From the NCBI GenBank assembly GCA_047285805.1, contig JBJBCN010000003.1:224001-288000 (forward strand): DNA of 64,000 nt. Direction: 5' to 3'. The notes under the pieces were generated by a model that worked only from the letters and a program-made list of their open reading frames with translations, searched no databases and was not told the origin of the DNA. The stretch is from Synechococcus sp. (lineage in GTDB: Bacteria > Cyanobacteriota > Cyanobacteriia > PCC-6307 > Cyanobiaceae). The position numbers and the translations under genes were made by a program. This document shows, piece by piece, positions 20,449 through 31,595 of this stretch; the stretch's first letter is position 1, and the number at the start of each line of letters is the position of its first letter.

Positions 20449-22067
20449 CCGCGGCCGGGGAGACTCGCCAGCAGCTGCCTGCCGATCTCCTGGGCCTCCG
20501 GCACCTTGGCGGCGGCCGCAATCAACCCATAAACCAACAGACCCAAGCCGCCGCTGAAGCTGCACTGCAGAAGCAGGCCCAACAGATCCTGGGGCCACGT
20601 AATCCAGACGGACGTGGCCCAAGCGCTCAGACCAGCGGCTAGGGCTGCCGCCAACAACCGCGCGCTGTCCCGCGCCCAAACCGCCAAGGGCATCCCTGAG
20701 ACACGGCGCTGCAGGGCGAGGAGCAGGCCGAAGCAGGTGATCACATTCACCCCCACCGTGGCCAGCACCAGCCCCGGCGCACCAAAGTTCAAGGTGCTCA
20801 GCTGCAGCCCCCAGGGCGTGGGGCCGCCCACCAAGACCCAATCGAAGAGCGCGTTCAGCGCGATCCCCGCTATCGAGAAGCGGAACGGGGTCGTGCCATC
20901 ACCCAAGGCGTAAAACACCCGCACCAGTACGTCCCGTCCCAGGTAAGCCGGCATGCCCACGCCGTAGGCCATCAGCAAGCCGCCCACCAGCGCCGCGGCA
21001 CCCGCATTGAAGGCACCGCGTTCGTAGACCAAAGCAACGATCGGGCCCGCCAAGGCCACCATCAGTGCCCCCAGGGGAAGCATGGAGGCGTTGGAGAGCA
21101 TCAAGCCCTGTCGAATCCGGGCAATCAGTTCAGAGCGATCAGACGGCGCGGTGAGGCGGGCGAACACCGGCAGAAGGGGAACCAGCAAGGCATTGGAGAG
21201 CAAACCCAGCGGGGTCTGCACCAGCAGGTTCGCGTAGCCCAAACCGGCGGCCGCGCCAACGATTCCCGAGGCAAAAAAGAGATCGGTGAAGACGTTGATC
21301 TGGAGCATCCCTGAGGAGAGGGTCGCCGGGCCCATCACCTGAAGCACCTCCTGCACGCCGGAGTGCTTCCAGTCCCAGACCAGCTGGAACTTGTGAAGCC
21401 CCTGCTTGGCCAGAGCAGGCAGCTGAATCAGCCACTGGAAGACGGCCCCCAGCAGGGTCGTTCCGGCCAGAACCGCACCGCCCAAGAAGGCGTACTGAGG
21501 CAGCGCAATGTCCGAGCCCAGATGCAGCCACAAAATCCCCAGACCGCCGATCACCGCCACGCTGGAGAGCAGGGGGCTGACCGAGGGCAGCCAGAACTCA
21601 TCGGCGGCATTGAGGGCGCCAAAGCCCAGGCCAATCAAGCCGGCGAAGAGCGCCATCGGTGCCATCCAGCGCAGCTCCAGCACGGCGATCGCATGGCGCT
21701 CGGCATCCAGCCCGGGACCTACCAGATCGATGAGGGGATCCGCGGCTAAAAACAGCAGCACCGTGACGCCGATGAGGGCCGCTCCGACCAAGGTGTTGAT
21801 CGCAGCCAGCACATGGGCACCCTCCTCGCGGGGACGGCGGGCCAAGGCGCTGACCATGGCGCTGTGGAACGGTCCGTTGATCCCCCCCAGCAGGATCAGC
21901 AGAAAGCCCGGCAGCACATAGGCGTAGTTGTAGGCGTCATAGGCCGCGCCCACCCCGAAGGCAGCAGCAATGGCCTGCTGGCGGACCAGGCCAGCCAACT
22001 TGCTGAGGGCGGTCGCCACCGCAACGATCAAGGCGATTCGCCGCAGCGAGCGGTTGGCTTGGCTCAT
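20445..22067 (-). CDS. murJ: Lipid II flippase MurJ (MviN)
   Basis: SKLAGLVRQQAIAAAFGVG, GGINGPFHS, VYERGAF and RVFYALGD; start at MSQANRS. Confidence 0.93.
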   Translation of the reverse strand: MSQANRSLRRIALIVAVATALSKLAGLVRQQAIAAAFGVGAAYDAYNYAYVLPGFLLILLGGINGPFHSAMVSALARRPREEGAHVLAAINTLVGAALIGVTVLLFLAADPLIDLVGPGLDAERHAIAVLELRWMAPMALFAGLIGLGFGALNAADEFWLPSVSPLLSSVAVIGGLGILWLHLGSDIALPQYAFLGGAVLAGTTLLGAVFQWLIQLPALAKQGLHKFQLVWDWKHSGVQEVLQVMGPATLSSGMLQINVFTDLFFASGIVGAAAGLGYANLLVQTPLGLLSNALLVPLLPVFARLTAPSDRSELIARIRQGLMLSNASMLPLGALMVALAGPIVALVYERGAFNAGAAALVGGLLMAYGVGMPAYLGRDVLVRVFYALGDGTTPFRFSIAGIALNALFDWVLVGGPTPWGLQLSTLNFGAPGLVLATVGVNVITCFGLLLALQRRVSGMPLAVWARDSARLLAAALAAGLSAWATSVWITWPQDLLGLLLQCSFSGGLGLLVYGLIAAAAKVPEAQEIGRQLLASLPGRG

Positions 22068-22112
22068 CCTGGCGCCTTCGGGCCCAAACTCGGGGGATTC
22101 TTGCCGCTTTGC

Positions 22113-22895
22113 ATGCCCGCTGCCGCATCCCCCACAGAACGTCGTCCGGTTCTGGTCCTCGAGGACCTGCATGAAGGGGTGCTTCTCAAGCGCTACAAGC
22201 GCTTTCTGGCGGATGTGGAGCTGAGCAACGGCGAGGTGGTCACAGCGCACTGCGCTAATACCGGACCGATGACCGGAGTGCTGCATGTCGGAGGGCGCGT
22301 CCGGCTGCGCTATGCACCCTCACCCACCCGCAAGCTCGCCTGGACCTGGGAGCAGGCCGAGGTGCCCGGTGCCGATGGCCAGCCGGTTTGGGTGGGCATC
22401 AACACCGCCCTGCCCAACCGACTTGTGCGGGCCACCATCGAGGCAGGTTGCCTTGAACCTTGGCTCGGTCCAATCGCGAACATCCGCGGAGAGGTGGCTT
22501 ATGGCCTCAATCGCCGCAGCCGGATTGACCTGCTACTCACCCCACTGGAGGAGGCTGAAGACCAGCGCCCGATCTACCTCGAGGTAAAAAACACCACCTG
22601 GTGCGAGGGCGATCTCGCCCTCTTTCCTGACACGGTGACCGTGCGGGGGCAGAAGCATCTGGAGGAGCTCATGGGCGTCCTACCCGAGGCCCGGGCTGTC
22701 CTGGTCCCCTGCCTGAGCCGCTCGGACCTGCAACGCTTCGCCCCCGGCGATCAAGCCGACCCGCGCTACGGGGAGCTCTTCCGCGAGGCCCTCGGGGCTG
22801 GTGTTGAGGTGCTGCCCTGCCGCTACAGCTTCAGCGACAGCGGAATCGACTGGATTGGGTTGGCCAGCGTCCAATCCCAGAGAGGAGGCTCATAG
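22113..22895 (+). CDS. sfsA: Sugar fermentation stimulation protein SfsA (DNA/RNA nuclease fold)
   Basis: [30 protein letters not shown] and [13 protein letters not shown]; start at ATG 22113. Confidence 0.93.
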   Translation: MPAAASPTERRPVLVLEDLHEGVLLKRYKRFLADVELSNGEVVTAHCANTGPMTGVLHVGGRVRLRYAPSPTRKLAWTWEQAEVPGADGQPVWVGINTALPNRLVRATIEAGCLEPWLGPIANIRGEVAYGLNRRSRIDLLLTPLEEAEDQRPIYLEVKNTTWCEGDLALFPDTVTVRGQKHLEELMGVLPEARAVLVPCLSRSDLQRFAPGDQADPRYGELFREALGAGVEVLPCRYSFSDSGIDWIGLASVQSQRGGS

Positions 22896-22920
22896 AGTTA
22901 GGGACCTCGAGCCAACCGCT

Positions 22921-24141
22921 GTGGATACCCGCGCGTTTAAGCGATCGCTGCATCACTCCGATCGCTACAACCGCCGCGGCTTTGGTCTAGGCGAAGAGGT
23001 GGCCGGCAGCTTGGAGCAGGCCTACCAAAGCAATCTGATCGCAAGCATCCGTGAAAACGGCTATCAGCTGGAGCACGGCCGCCTGAAGGTGAAGTTGGCG
23101 GAAGCCTTCGGGTTCTGCTGGGGCGTCGAGCGGGCCGTGGCCATGGCCTACGAGACCCGGAAGCACTACCCAACCGAGCGGATCTGGATCACCAACGAGA
23201 TCATCCACAACCCCTCGGTGAATGACCACCTGAAGGAGATGGACGTACTATTCATCGACGTCGAGAACGGGGTCAAGGACTTCTCCAAAGTCGCCAGTGG
23301 CGATGTGGTGATCCTTCCGGCATTTGGCGCCACCGTTCAGGAAATGCAACTGCTCAACGAGCGGGGTTGCCACATCGTCGACACCACCTGCCCCTGGGTC
23401 TCCAAGGTGTGGAACACCGTGGAGAAGCACAAGAAGCACGACATCACCTCGATCATTCACGGCAAGGTCAAGCACGAGGAAACCCTCGCCACGAGCTCCT
23501 TTGCCGGCACTTACCTGGTAGTTCTCGATCTGGCCGAAGCCCAGCTGGTCTGCGACTACATCCTCGCCAGTGCGAGCGGGCAAAACCCCAGTGCAGAGCA
23601 GCGCCACGCCTTCATGGAGCGCTTCTCCAAAGCCTGCTCACCGGGCTTTGATCCCGACCAAGATCTAGTGAAGGTGGGCGTGGCCAACCAGACCACCATG
23701 CTCAAGAGCGAAACTGAAGAGATCGGCCGCCTGTTCGAGCGCACGATGCTGCAGCGCTTCGGCCCCGCGGAACTGAATGATCACTTCGTGGCCTTCAACA
23801 CCATCTGCGATGCCACCCAAGAACGGCAGGACGCGATGTTTGCGCTGGTGGATGAGCCTCTCGATCTCATGGTCGTGATTGGCGGCTACAACTCCTCCAA
23901 CACCACCCACCTGCAGGAGATCGCCATCACCCGGGGGATTCGCTCCTTCCACATCGATACCCCCGAGCGCATTGGCCCCAGCAACCGGATTGAGCACAAG
24001 CCCCTCGGCGCCGACCTGGAGGTGATTGAGCCCTTCCTCCCCGGCGGTCCCTTGCGGGTTGGCATTACCTCTGGCGCCTCCACACCCGATCGCGTTGTGG
24101 AAGACGTCATTGGTCGTTTGATCGCCCTGGCCGACGGCTAA
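22921..24141 (+). CDS. ispH: 4-hydroxy-3-methylbut-2-enyl diphosphate reductase
   Basis: [37 protein letters not shown] and TSGASTP; GTG start at 22921. Confidence 0.96.
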   Translation: MDTRAFKRSLHHSDRYNRRGFGLGEEVAGSLEQAYQSNLIASIRENGYQLEHGRLKVKLAEAFGFCWGVERAVAMAYETRKHYPTERIWITNEIIHNPSVNDHLKEMDVLFIDVENGVKDFSKVASGDVVILPAFGATVQEMQLLNERGCHIVDTTCPWVSKVWNTVEKHKKHDITSIIHGKVKHEETLATSSFAGTYLVVLDLAEAQLVCDYILASASGQNPSAEQRHAFMERFSKACSPGFDPDQDLVKVGVANQTTMLKSETEEIGRLFERTMLQRFGPAELNDHFVAFNTICDATQERQDAMFALVDEPLDLMVVIGGYNSSNTTHLQEIAITRGIRSFHIDTPERIGPSNRIEHKPLGADLEVIEPFLPGGPLRVGITSGASTPDRVVEDVIGRLIALADG

Positions 24142-24163
24142 TTGAGCTGTCACAGACGCTGCA

Positions 24164-24187
24164 GAGCCCGGCACCGAACGGGCTTTA
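24164..24187 (+). terminator. Possible terminator after ispH
   Basis: AGCCCG-gcaccgaa-CGGGCT followed by a short T run. Confidence 0.4.
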
Positions 24188-24236
24188 CATTGATTCATCT
24201 GACCCACAACCAGGCCCTTCAACAGGGCCTTCTGCG

Positions 24237-24875
24237 TTGATCTCATCGGTTACCACACCTGGACCTGAGGTCGACGCCACCGACCTGCCCCTGCGGCGCA
24301 GTGACGACACGCGGGTGCGCTGCTACGGCAGCCAGTTCGCGGATGTAATGGAGATGCGGGCGCCCGCCAAAACCGTGGCGGCCTACCTCGATCGCCACGA
24401 AGGCTGGTTCCACCGCTGTGCAGCCCCCATGGAGGTCGCGAGCCTGGGGCAAAACGGCTACCGGCTGACCCTGGGGCGGTTCGGCAACTTTGGCTTTGAA
24501 ATCGAACCAACAATCGGCCTGGAGCTCCTGCCCCAAAGCCAAGGCGTCTATCGGATTTGCACGGTGCCACCCGAGCAGTTCCAGCCCGGGCTGCGAGACC
24601 TCTATGACGTGGAGTTCAACGCTGCCCTGCGGCTGGAAGAACAAAACGCAGAGAGCCCCCACACCAATGTGCGCTGGGAACTTGATCTGAGCGTCTGGAT
24701 CAAGCTTCCTACAGTGATTGGACTCTTGCCCGAGAGCCTCGTACAGAGCAGCGGCGATCATCTCCTACGCCAAATCGTGCGCCAAATCTCAAGGCGTCTG
24801 ACTTGGAAAGTCCAGGAAGACTTCCACGCCACCCACGGGTTGGAGTGCCCGCCAAGGCGGCGGGCGCAGTTCTGA
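24237..24875 (+). CDS. DUF1997-type protein
   Basis: YLDRHEGWFHRCAAPM, FEIEPTIGL and RRLTWKVQEDFH. Confidence 0.75.
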   Translation: MISSVTTPGPEVDATDLPLRRSDDTRVRCYGSQFADVMEMRAPAKTVAAYLDRHEGWFHRCAAPMEVASLGQNGYRLTLGRFGNFGFEIEPTIGLELLPQSQGVYRICTVPPEQFQPGLRDLYDVEFNAALRLEEQNAESPHTNVRWELDLSVWIKLPTVIGLLPESLVQSSGDHLLRQIVRQISRRLTWKVQEDFHATHGLECPPRRRAQF

Positions 24876-25340
24876 TCAGGCGGGGCGGTTTTCCCAGATC
24901 TTGTTGAGGATCTGCATGCCGCTGACGGCTTGCCAGAGGAACAGGGTGAACACGCCCATGTTCATCATCACGTGCAGCTTGCGGGCGATCAGGTTGCCCT
25001 GCTGCATGAGCGGCGAGAGGGCTGCCGCCAGGGCCAGACCACAGGTCATCGATATGCCGACCAGCAGATGGGGACCGACGAAGAGCTTGCCGTTGTTCAG
25101 GTAGGTCACCGCCATGCCGCCAAAGGTGCCAAGGACCATCACCGCCAGCACGGCACTGCCGAAGAGGTAATGGCGTTTGGCGAACTGACCCTTGATCAGG
25201 ATTTTGCGGGCCTCGGCGTCAGCGGTGCGAGTTTTCTTGGCCTTGATACCAAGAAACATCGCGTAACCGCTCAGGGCGAGCAAACCCCACATCGCCAACG
25301 GATGCAGGAAGTTGAGATTGAAGGCAAGAGCTTCCGGCAT
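24876..25340 (-). CDS. DUF4079-type membrane protein
   Basis: HPLAMW, GKLFVGPHLLVG and ARKLH; TM segments. Confidence 0.75.
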   Translation of the reverse strand: MPEALAFNLNFLHPLAMWGLLALSGYAMFLGIKAKKTRTADAEARKILIKGQFAKRHYLFGSAVLAVMVLGTFGGMAVTYLNNGKLFVGPHLLVGISMTCGLALAAALSPLMQQGNLIARKLHVMMNMGVFTLFLWQAVSGMQILNKIWENRPA

Positions 25341-25378
25341 GGAGCGCTGGCTGAGGGAACGGACCGCGTGACGTTAAG

Positions 25379-26938
25379 TCAGTGCAGGAAATGGCGGCTG
25401 CCCGTCACGACCATCGCCAAACCCAGCTCATCGCAAGCGGCGATGGAGTCGGCATCACGGACGCTGCCACCGGGCTGAATCACCGCGGTGATGCCGTACT
25501 GCGCAGCTAGGCGGACGGTGTCATCGAAGGGGAAGAAGCCATCGCTGGCCAAGACCGCTCCGCGGGCCTTCTCCCCAGCGGTCTCCATGGCAAGTTTCGC
25601 CGAGCCGACTCGGTTCATCTGACCGGCACCGATCCCGAGGCTCTGACCGCCGCGGGCAACGGTGATGGCGTTGGAGCGCACGTGGCGCACTAGACGCCAG
25701 CAGAAAGCCAGGTCGGTCAGCTCTTCGGGACTGGGCTGACGCTTGCTGACCACCTGCCAAGCGGTCTCATCCACGGGCTGATCGTCCAGGTCCTGAACCA
25801 AGAGACCGCCGAGAACGCTGCGCAGCTGTTGACGACTGGCGAGCTCAATCGCCTCCGGTGCCAGCTCCAACAAGCGCAAGTTGGCCTTGGCCGAGAGCAG
25901 ATCGCGGGCTTCGCTATCAAACGAGGGCGCCACCACACACTCCAAAAAGAGGCTGGTCAAATGACTGGCAGTCGCCCCATCAACGGGACCGTTGATCGCG
26001 ACGATGCCACCAAAGGCCGAGAGGCGATCGGCATCGAGCGCCCGCTCAAGCGCTTTGGCGCTGCCGGACCCGGTAGCAACGCCACAGGGGTTGGTGTGCT
26101 TGACCACCACCGCAGCTGGCTTGAAGGCATTGCCGCCAGCGGGCTGGCCGCCGTAACCGAACTCGCGCACCGTGGCGAGGGCGGCTTCGAGGTCAAGGAT
26201 GTTGTTGTAGCTGAGCTCCTTGCCCTGGAGCTGTTCACCAGCGGCCAGACCCGCACCAGGCTGGGCGTACCAGGTGGCGCTTTGGTGAGGGTTCTCGCCG
26301 TAGCGCAGGCTCTGGCGGGCCGGCAGCTCAAGGCGGAAACTACCCACGCGCTCAGTCTGAAGTTGGGAGGTCAACCACTGGCTGATGGCGGCGTCGTACT
26401 CCGCGGTATGGCTAAAGGCCTCCAGGGCCAGCTGACGCCGCAACTCAGAGCTGATCGCCCCTGCGCCCAGGGCCTCCAGGAAGGCGGGGTATTGAGCGGG
26501 GCTCGTCAGAACGGTCACATCGGCATGGTTCTTAGCGGCCGCGCGGACCATCGCCGGACCGCCGATGTCGATGTTTTCGATCGCCGCGTCCCAACTGACG
26601 TCGGGGCGAGCGATCGTCTCGCGGAAGGGATAGAGATTGACCACGACCACATCGATCGGGGCGATGCCCTGATCCGCCAGATCGCTTTGGTGGGAGGACT
26701 CGGAGCGCTTGGCAAGGATCCCGCCGTGAATGCGGGGGTGCAGGGTTTTGACGCGCCCCCCGAGGATTTCGGGTGCGCCGGTGTGCTCGGCGACCTTGGT
26801 GACCGGGACCCCTGCCGCGGCCAACGCTGCTGCGGTGCCGCCGCTGGAGATCAGGTGATAACCGGCCGCCAACAGCCCCTTGGCCAAGGGCACCAGCCCT
26901 TCCTTGTTGGACACGCTGAGCAGGGCCGTGGGCGCCAT
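25379..26938 (-). CDS. purH: Bifunctional AICAR transformylase/IMP cyclohydrolase
   Basis: [38 protein letters not shown] and ASDGFFPF. Confidence 0.97.
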   Translation of the reverse strand: MAPTALLSVSNKEGLVPLAKGLLAAGYHLISSGGTAAALAAAGVPVTKVAEHTGAPEILGGRVKTLHPRIHGGILAKRSESSHQSDLADQGIAPIDVVVVNLYPFRETIARPDVSWDAAIENIDIGGPAMVRAAAKNHADVTVLTSPAQYPAFLEALGAGAISSELRRQLALEAFSHTAEYDAAISQWLTSQLQTERVGSFRLELPARQSLRYGENPHQSATWYAQPGAGLAAGEQLQGKELSYNNILDLEAALATVREFGYGGQPAGGNAFKPAAVVVKHTNPCGVATGSGSAKALERALDADRLSAFGGIVAINGPVDGATASHLTSLFLECVVAPSFDSEARDLLSAKANLRLLELAPEAIELASRQQLRSVLGGLLVQDLDDQPVDETAWQVVSKRQPSPEELTDLAFCWRLVRHVRSNAITVARGGQSLGIGAGQMNRVGSAKLAMETAGEKARGAVLASDGFFPFDDTVRLAAQYGITAVIQPGGSVRDADSIAACDELGLAMVVTGSRHFLH

Positions 26939-26997
26939 GGCGATGCAGAGGTCGGCAGAAGGTCCAACCTACGCAGGAGCAGCTCCCGGATCCGCCC

Positions 26998-27600
26998 ATG
27001 ACCAGCCATCCCGACCAGCTCCAGTGGGGGCCTGAGCACGCCCAACAACGACTCGTTCTGCTGCATGGCTGGGGGGCTGATGCGGATGACCTCCTGGATC
27101 TCGGGGCCCTGCTCGTCAGCCCTCAGACCAGCGTTGTCGCCCTGCGCGCCCCCGAAGCCCATCCCTATGGCACAGGCAGGCAGTGGTACGACCTTCAACC
27201 GATCGACTGGGAGGCCCTGCCGGCGGCCCGCTCCAACCTTCAGGCGCGGCTCCTCTCCCTCGCTGAGAGCGTGCCCCTGGAGAAGACCGTGCTGTTGGGC
27301 TTCTCCCAGGGCGCGGCGATGGCGCTCGATGTCGGTTCCGCCCTTCCTTTGGCGGGGATTGCGGCCTGCAGCGGTTACCCCCATCAGGGCTGGCTAGCGC
27401 CGACGCCCTGTCCACCGGTGCTTCTGACCCACGGCCGAAAGGACCCCGTGGTCCCCTTCATGGCAAGTGAGGAGCTGCAGAAGCAACTGCAAGCCAGCTG
27501 CCAAAGGGCCCGACTGGTGTCCTTTGAGGGCGGCCACGGCATTGATGAATCGGTCCTGCCCGAGCTCAAACGCTTCATTGCGGAGCGAATTGAGGGCTGA
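26998..27600 (+). CDS. Phospholipase/carboxylesterase (alpha/beta hydrolase)
   Basis: LHGWGA, GFSQG nucleophile motif, HGRKDPVV and GGH. Confidence 0.88.
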   Translation: MTSHPDQLQWGPEHAQQRLVLLHGWGADADDLLDLGALLVSPQTSVVALRAPEAHPYGTGRQWYDLQPIDWEALPAARSNLQARLLSLAESVPLEKTVLLGFSQGAAMALDVGSALPLAGIAACSGYPHQGWLAPTPCPPVLLTHGRKDPVVPFMASEELQKQLQASCQRARLVSFEGGHGIDESVLPELKRFIAERIEG

Positions 27601-27605
27601 AGGGC

Positions 27606-27638
27606 AATAAAAAAGCCGGCCTTACGCGGAGGCCGGCC
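27606..27638 (-). terminator. Intrinsic terminator of the DUF3155-type gene
   Basis: Minus strand GCCGGCCT-CCGCGTA-AGGCCGGC-TTTTTT. Confidence 0.8.
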
Positions 27639-27666
27639 AAATGCCCTTCAGGAGAGGTCTTGAAAA

Positions 27667-28038
27667 TCAGACGAAGGCGTATTCGTACTCTTCCATCTCT
27701 TCCCAATCGTCGGCGGCCAAAGCTTCGAGACCAGCGAAGAGGTTCTCTTCACCAATGCGGTCGACGATTTCACGCAGTGAAGGGAACAGGAAGTGGTTCT
27801 CCTCGGCGTATTGAGCACTGAAGAGACCCTTTTCGCCCCAGAAGAAGCGGTCGGTGGTGTGCTCATTGCGACGCACATTGACCAGAGCGGGGGGAACGAT
27901 GCCCGACTCGGCGATGTAGCGGCGAGCAGCCGTCACGGGCTTGTACTCACCGGTTTCAATGTTGTGAACGCCGACATGGGCGAGAACTCGCTGACCGGCA
28001 AGCCGGCGGCGGCTTACGCGCTTACGCTTTTTGGACAT
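27667..28038 (-). CDS. DUF3155-type conserved cyanobacterial protein
   Basis: MSKKRKRVSRRRLAGQRVLAHV...NEHTTDRFFWGEKGLFSAQYAEENHFLFPSL; start at ATG 28038. Confidence 0.8.
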   Translation of the reverse strand: MSKKRKRVSRRRLAGQRVLAHVGVHNIETGEYKPVTAARRYIAESGIVPPALVNVRRNEHTTDRFFWGEKGLFSAQYAEENHFLFPSLREIVDRIGEENLFAGLEALAADDWEEMEEYEYAFV

Positions 28039-28354
28039 GAGAAGAAACCCCGAAGGGCGGAGGGGACGAAGAGAGGAAGACGAGAAGCCTTCAGCAACGC
28101 CCAAACCTCTGACAGCCCAAGGTGACAGCAAAGGGAGCGTTGGCGTTCAATCCAGCAAAGAGACGCATCTCTACTGCTGTAGCCTCTGAAGAACAAAGTT
28201 GCAACCAGAGGCAGAAGCCAATACCGTCCTGCCTGCGTCAGGCCGCTAGGTATTGGTCGATACCCAAAATCTTAAGACTTTTTCTCGGATTTGAACCAAA
28301 TTTCCGAGAAATATCTTTTTGAAGGCCGTGGACCAACCCCAAACCGCCGCATAG

Positions 28355-29491
28355 ATGCAAGTCTCCAAGCGGTTTCTCGCGCTGCTGAAACAGCAACTTG
28401 CCCAATTCGCAGATCGTCCAGACCTGCGAATGCTGGTGGTGTATGCGGCGCTCCCCAGTGCCGACGGAGAGCCCTCGCTGCTCTCGATTGGGGAATGGCC
28501 TCAGACGACCCTAGCCCTCCAGAGCGGCATGAGCGAACCGGCGCCGGAACCAGGCAGCACACGCCGCTGGCTCGCCCTACGGGATGGCCCGCTGCTACTC
28601 GGGGCCCTGCGGATCGATACAGACTGCTGGCCCTGGCCGGCGCCCCTCGGCGATCGACTCGAAGCCACCGCGCTCTGCCTCACAGAAGCGCTCAAGCTCG
28701 ATCTGGAGAAACAACGACTCAGGCGGCAACTGGCCCTCAGGGATGACCAACTGAAGTTGCTGGTCCACCAACTGCGCAATCCGCTGGCCGCACTGCGCAC
28801 CTTCGGGCAACTGCTCAGGCGTCGCCTCGAGGGCGACAGCGACAACCAGGCGCTGGTGGACAATCTGCTGAGCGAGCAACACCAGATCAATCGCTATCTC
28901 GAGGCGATTGACCAGCTGACCCAAACGCCGCTGCTCCCCCCCGCCGAAGGCGGACTGCAACCTCTGCTGCTGCCGCCGGCCTTCAGCCGTGAGGACCTTC
29001 GCTCCCTCAACCTGGTGCTGGAGCCCTTGATCGAGCGCGCAGCTGGGACCGCGGCCCTGCAGGGCCGGCGTTGGGCACCGCCCGGTGAGCTTCCGACCCT
29101 GCCGTGCAACGCTGCGGCCGTCTCCGAGATCGTGGCCAATCTGCTTGAAAACGCCTTCCGCTACAGCCGGGCCGGTGGCTGCGTGGGTCTGAGCTGCCAC
29201 GAGCAAGGCGAAGCGCTGAGGTTGGCGGTTTGGGACGAAGGCCCCGAAATTCCAGACGCGGAACGGGAGCAGATTTTCCGCAAAGGGGTGCGGGGCAGCA
29301 CCGGCAGGGCGCTCGCGGGAAGCGGTTTAGGGCTGGCGCTGGCTCGAGACCTGGCTGAGCGCAGTGGTGGCGCACTGGACTTGCTGACTCCGCCGTCCCG
29401 CCTTGATCCAAAACTCCCCGCGGCGGGGAACGTCTTTCAACTCAGGCTGCCCAAGACGCCAGTGCCGCCAAAAGCAACAGCGTCCAACTAA
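28355..29491 (+). CDS. Orphan cytoplasmic sensor histidine kinase
   Basis: H-box VHQLRNPL, N-box NLLENAFRY, D-box DEGPEI and G-box GSGLGL; no TM segment or adjacent response regulator. Confidence 0.9.
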   Translation: MQVSKRFLALLKQQLAQFADRPDLRMLVVYAALPSADGEPSLLSIGEWPQTTLALQSGMSEPAPEPGSTRRWLALRDGPLLLGALRIDTDCWPWPAPLGDRLEATALCLTEALKLDLEKQRLRRQLALRDDQLKLLVHQLRNPLAALRTFGQLLRRRLEGDSDNQALVDNLLSEQHQINRYLEAIDQLTQTPLLPPAEGGLQPLLLPPAFSREDLRSLNLVLEPLIERAAGTAALQGRRWAPPGELPTLPCNAAAVSEIVANLLENAFRYSRAGGCVGLSCHEQGEALRLAVWDEGPEIPDAEREQIFRKGVRGSTGRALAGSGLGLALARDLAERSGGALDLLTPPSRLDPKLPAAGNVFQLRLPKTPVPPKATASN

Positions 29492-30188
29492 GGCTCCACT
29501 CCACGCACGCCCCATAGCTATCCCCACTGTGGCCGCCGAGGCGCCGGCCCAAGGACCAGGGGATGAGCAAGGCCGGCAGCACTCCGAACCAGCCCAGGAC
29601 CGCCCATTGGCTCCAGCCAAGAGCTAGCAGCAGGCTGCTCAGGGGAAACACCAGAAGCAGGGAGGGCACCAATTCGGCGAGCAGCCCCTGCCAATGGCGG
29701 CGGTGAAAGGCGGCCGTGCCCTCGCTCTGGCGCAGGTAAGGAAACCCTTCCATCGCAAACAGCGGTGAAACCCGAGCCCAGATGGAAGTCCAAACCAAGG
29801 CGATCGGCGCAGCAGCACCCAGCCAGGCCAAGGCCGCCACGCGCAGCAAGAGCGCAACCACCAGGGCCTGAACCCCACTGGCGCCCACCCGGCTGTCATC
29901 CATGGCCTCCAGCCGGCGATCGGCGGGAGCCGCCAACCCATCGGCCGTATCCATCAACCCATCGAGGTGCAAGCCGCCGCTAAGGCTGACACCCAGGGCC
30001 AGCACCAAAGGGATCTGCACCAAAAGCCCAGCGGGCGCCAGCACCTGCCACACCCCGGCTTCCAGGAGGCCAATGGCGATGCCGACCCAGGGCGCAAAAC
30101 GAGCGATGCGCTCAAAGCGCGGGTTCACCCCAGGCGGCAACGGCAAGACGCTGTAGAAAATCCAAGCTCCAGCCAAGTCCCTGAGCAT
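29442..30188 (-). CDS. cobS: Adenosylcobinamide-GDP ribazoletransferase (cobalamin synthase)
   Basis: [25 protein letters not shown] and [10 protein letters not shown]. Confidence 0.93.
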   Translation of the reverse strand: MLRDLAGAWIFYSVLPLPPGVNPRFERIARFAPWVGIAIGLLEAGVWQVLAPAGLLVQIPLVLALGVSLSGGLHLDGLMDTADGLAAPADRRLEAMDDSRVGASGVQALVVALLLRVAALAWLGAAAPIALVWTSIWARVSPLFAMEGFPYLRQSEGTAAFHRRHWQGLLAELVPSLLLVFPLSSLLLALGWSQWAVLGWFGVLPALLIPWSLGRRLGGHSGDSYGACVEWSLSWTLLLLAALASWAA

Positions 30189-30232
30189 GCGGGCGGCCAG
30201 CAACGATGGGACTAGATGATCCTGCCGCCTCG

Positions 30233-31354
30233 ATGAGCTTCCACTTCGAGATCACGGCCCGCTGCACGCGCACCGGAGCGCGCTGCGGCTGCTTTCACAC
30301 CCCCCACGGCATCGTCACCACTCCGCGCTTCATGCCCGTAGGGACGCTGGCGACGGTGAAGGGGGTCACCCCAGCACAACTGAAGGCTACCGGCGCGGAG
30401 ATGGTGCTCTCCAACACCTTCCACCTGCATCTGCAACCCGGTGAGCAGATCGTCGCCGATGGCGGTGGCTTGCATCGCTTCATGGCCTGGGACGGACCGA
30501 TGCTCACGGACTCCGGCGGCTTTCAGGTCTTCAGCCTGGGCGACATCAACACGATTAACGACCGCGGGGTGGTCTTTCGCTCCCCACGCGATGGCGCCCG
30601 AATCGACCTCACCCCAGAGCGCTCCATGGCCATTCAGATGGCCTTGGGTGCGGATGTGGCGATGGCCTTTGACCAGTGTCCGCCCTATCCAGCCAGCGAA
30701 AGCGAGGTAGAGGCCGCTAGCCGGCGCACCCATGCCTGGCTCGAGCGCTGCATCAGCAGCCACGCCAAAAACGATCAGGCCCTCTTCGGCATCGTCCAGG
30801 GGGGCTGCTTCCCCCGCTTGCGCGAGGAATCCGCACGCATCGTCAGTTCGATGGGCCTGCCCGGCATCGCCGTGGGTGGCGTCAGCGTGGGCGAACCCGC
30901 CGAGGAGATGCACCGAATTGTTCGCCAGGTCGGCCCCTTACTGCCCGATGACAAGCCCCGTTACCTGATGGGCGTGGGCACCTTGCCGGAGATGGCGATT
31001 GCCGTGGCCAATGGCTTCGATCTCTTTGATTGCGTCCTGCCCACCCGCCTAGGACGCCACGGTGCAGCCCTGGTGGACGGTGAACGCTGGAACTTGAAAA
31101 ACGCCCGCTTCCGCCACGACCACACTCCGCTTGACCCCAGCTGCAGCTGCCCGGCCTGCACGGTCCACAGCCGCGCGTACCTGCATCACCTAATCAAGAC
31201 GGACGAACTACTCGGAAAGATCCTGCTGAGCCTGCACAACATCACCCAACTGGTGCGTTTCAGCCGTGCCATGGGACAGGCCATTCGGGACGGCTGTTTT
31301 TCAGAGGATTTCGCTCCATGGGAACCCAACTCTCTGGCCGCCCACACGTGGTAG
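30233..31354 (+). CDS. tgt: tRNA-guanine transglycosylase
   Basis: [34 protein letters not shown] and the CxCxxC/H zinc motif. Confidence 0.97.
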   Translation: MSFHFEITARCTRTGARCGCFHTPHGIVTTPRFMPVGTLATVKGVTPAQLKATGAEMVLSNTFHLHLQPGEQIVADGGGLHRFMAWDGPMLTDSGGFQVFSLGDINTINDRGVVFRSPRDGARIDLTPERSMAIQMALGADVAMAFDQCPPYPASESEVEAASRRTHAWLERCISSHAKNDQALFGIVQGGCFPRLREESARIVSSMGLPGIAVGGVSVGEPAEEMHRIVRQVGPLLPDDKPRYLMGVGTLPEMAIAVANGFDLFDCVLPTRLGRHGAALVDGERWNLKNARFRHDHTPLDPSCSCPACTVHSRAYLHHLIKTDELLGKILLSLHNITQLVRFSRAMGQAIRDGCFSEDFAPWEPNSLAAHTW

Positions 31355-31384
31355 CTTCCGTCCCTAGCCAACGACGATTCCGGG

Positions 31385-31528
31385 ATGGCCGCTTACGCCC
31401 TGCAGACCCTGGCACAGCTGCCCGAGGCCTACCAAGCCTTCGGTCCTCTGATTGACATCCTGCCCATCATTCCCCTGTTCTTCCTGCTGCTGGCCTTTGT
31501 TTGGCAAGCCTCCGTCGGCTTCCGCTGA
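31385..31528 (+). CDS. psbK: Photosystem II protein K
   Basis: Read manually: [47 protein letters not shown]. Confidence 0.97.
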   Translation: MAAYALQTLAQLPEAYQAFGPLIDILPIIPLFFLLLAFVWQASVGFR

Positions 31529-31554
31529 ACAGCAGCTCAACAGCTTTTCTCTCC

Positions 31555-31588
31555 AGCGGTGGAGGCTTTAAGGCTTCCACCGCTTTTT
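31555..31588 (+). terminator. Intrinsic terminator after psbK
   Basis: AGCGGTGGAGGC-tttaag-GCTTCCACCGCT-TTTT. Confidence 0.85.
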
Positions 31589-31595
31589 GCTGGCT

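Noticed and set aside
21813..22286. Long head-to-head overlap of murJ and sfsA in the ORF track
   Set aside because: Artefact of choosing the longest start; starts at 22067 and 22113 leave a normal divergent spacer.
25829..27001. 390-aa ORF antisense to purH (likewise 4803-5612, 7623-8594, 14476-15537 and many shorter ones)
   Set aside because: These are shadow ORFs opposite well-supported genes, expected in GC-rich DNA, with no recognisable motifs.
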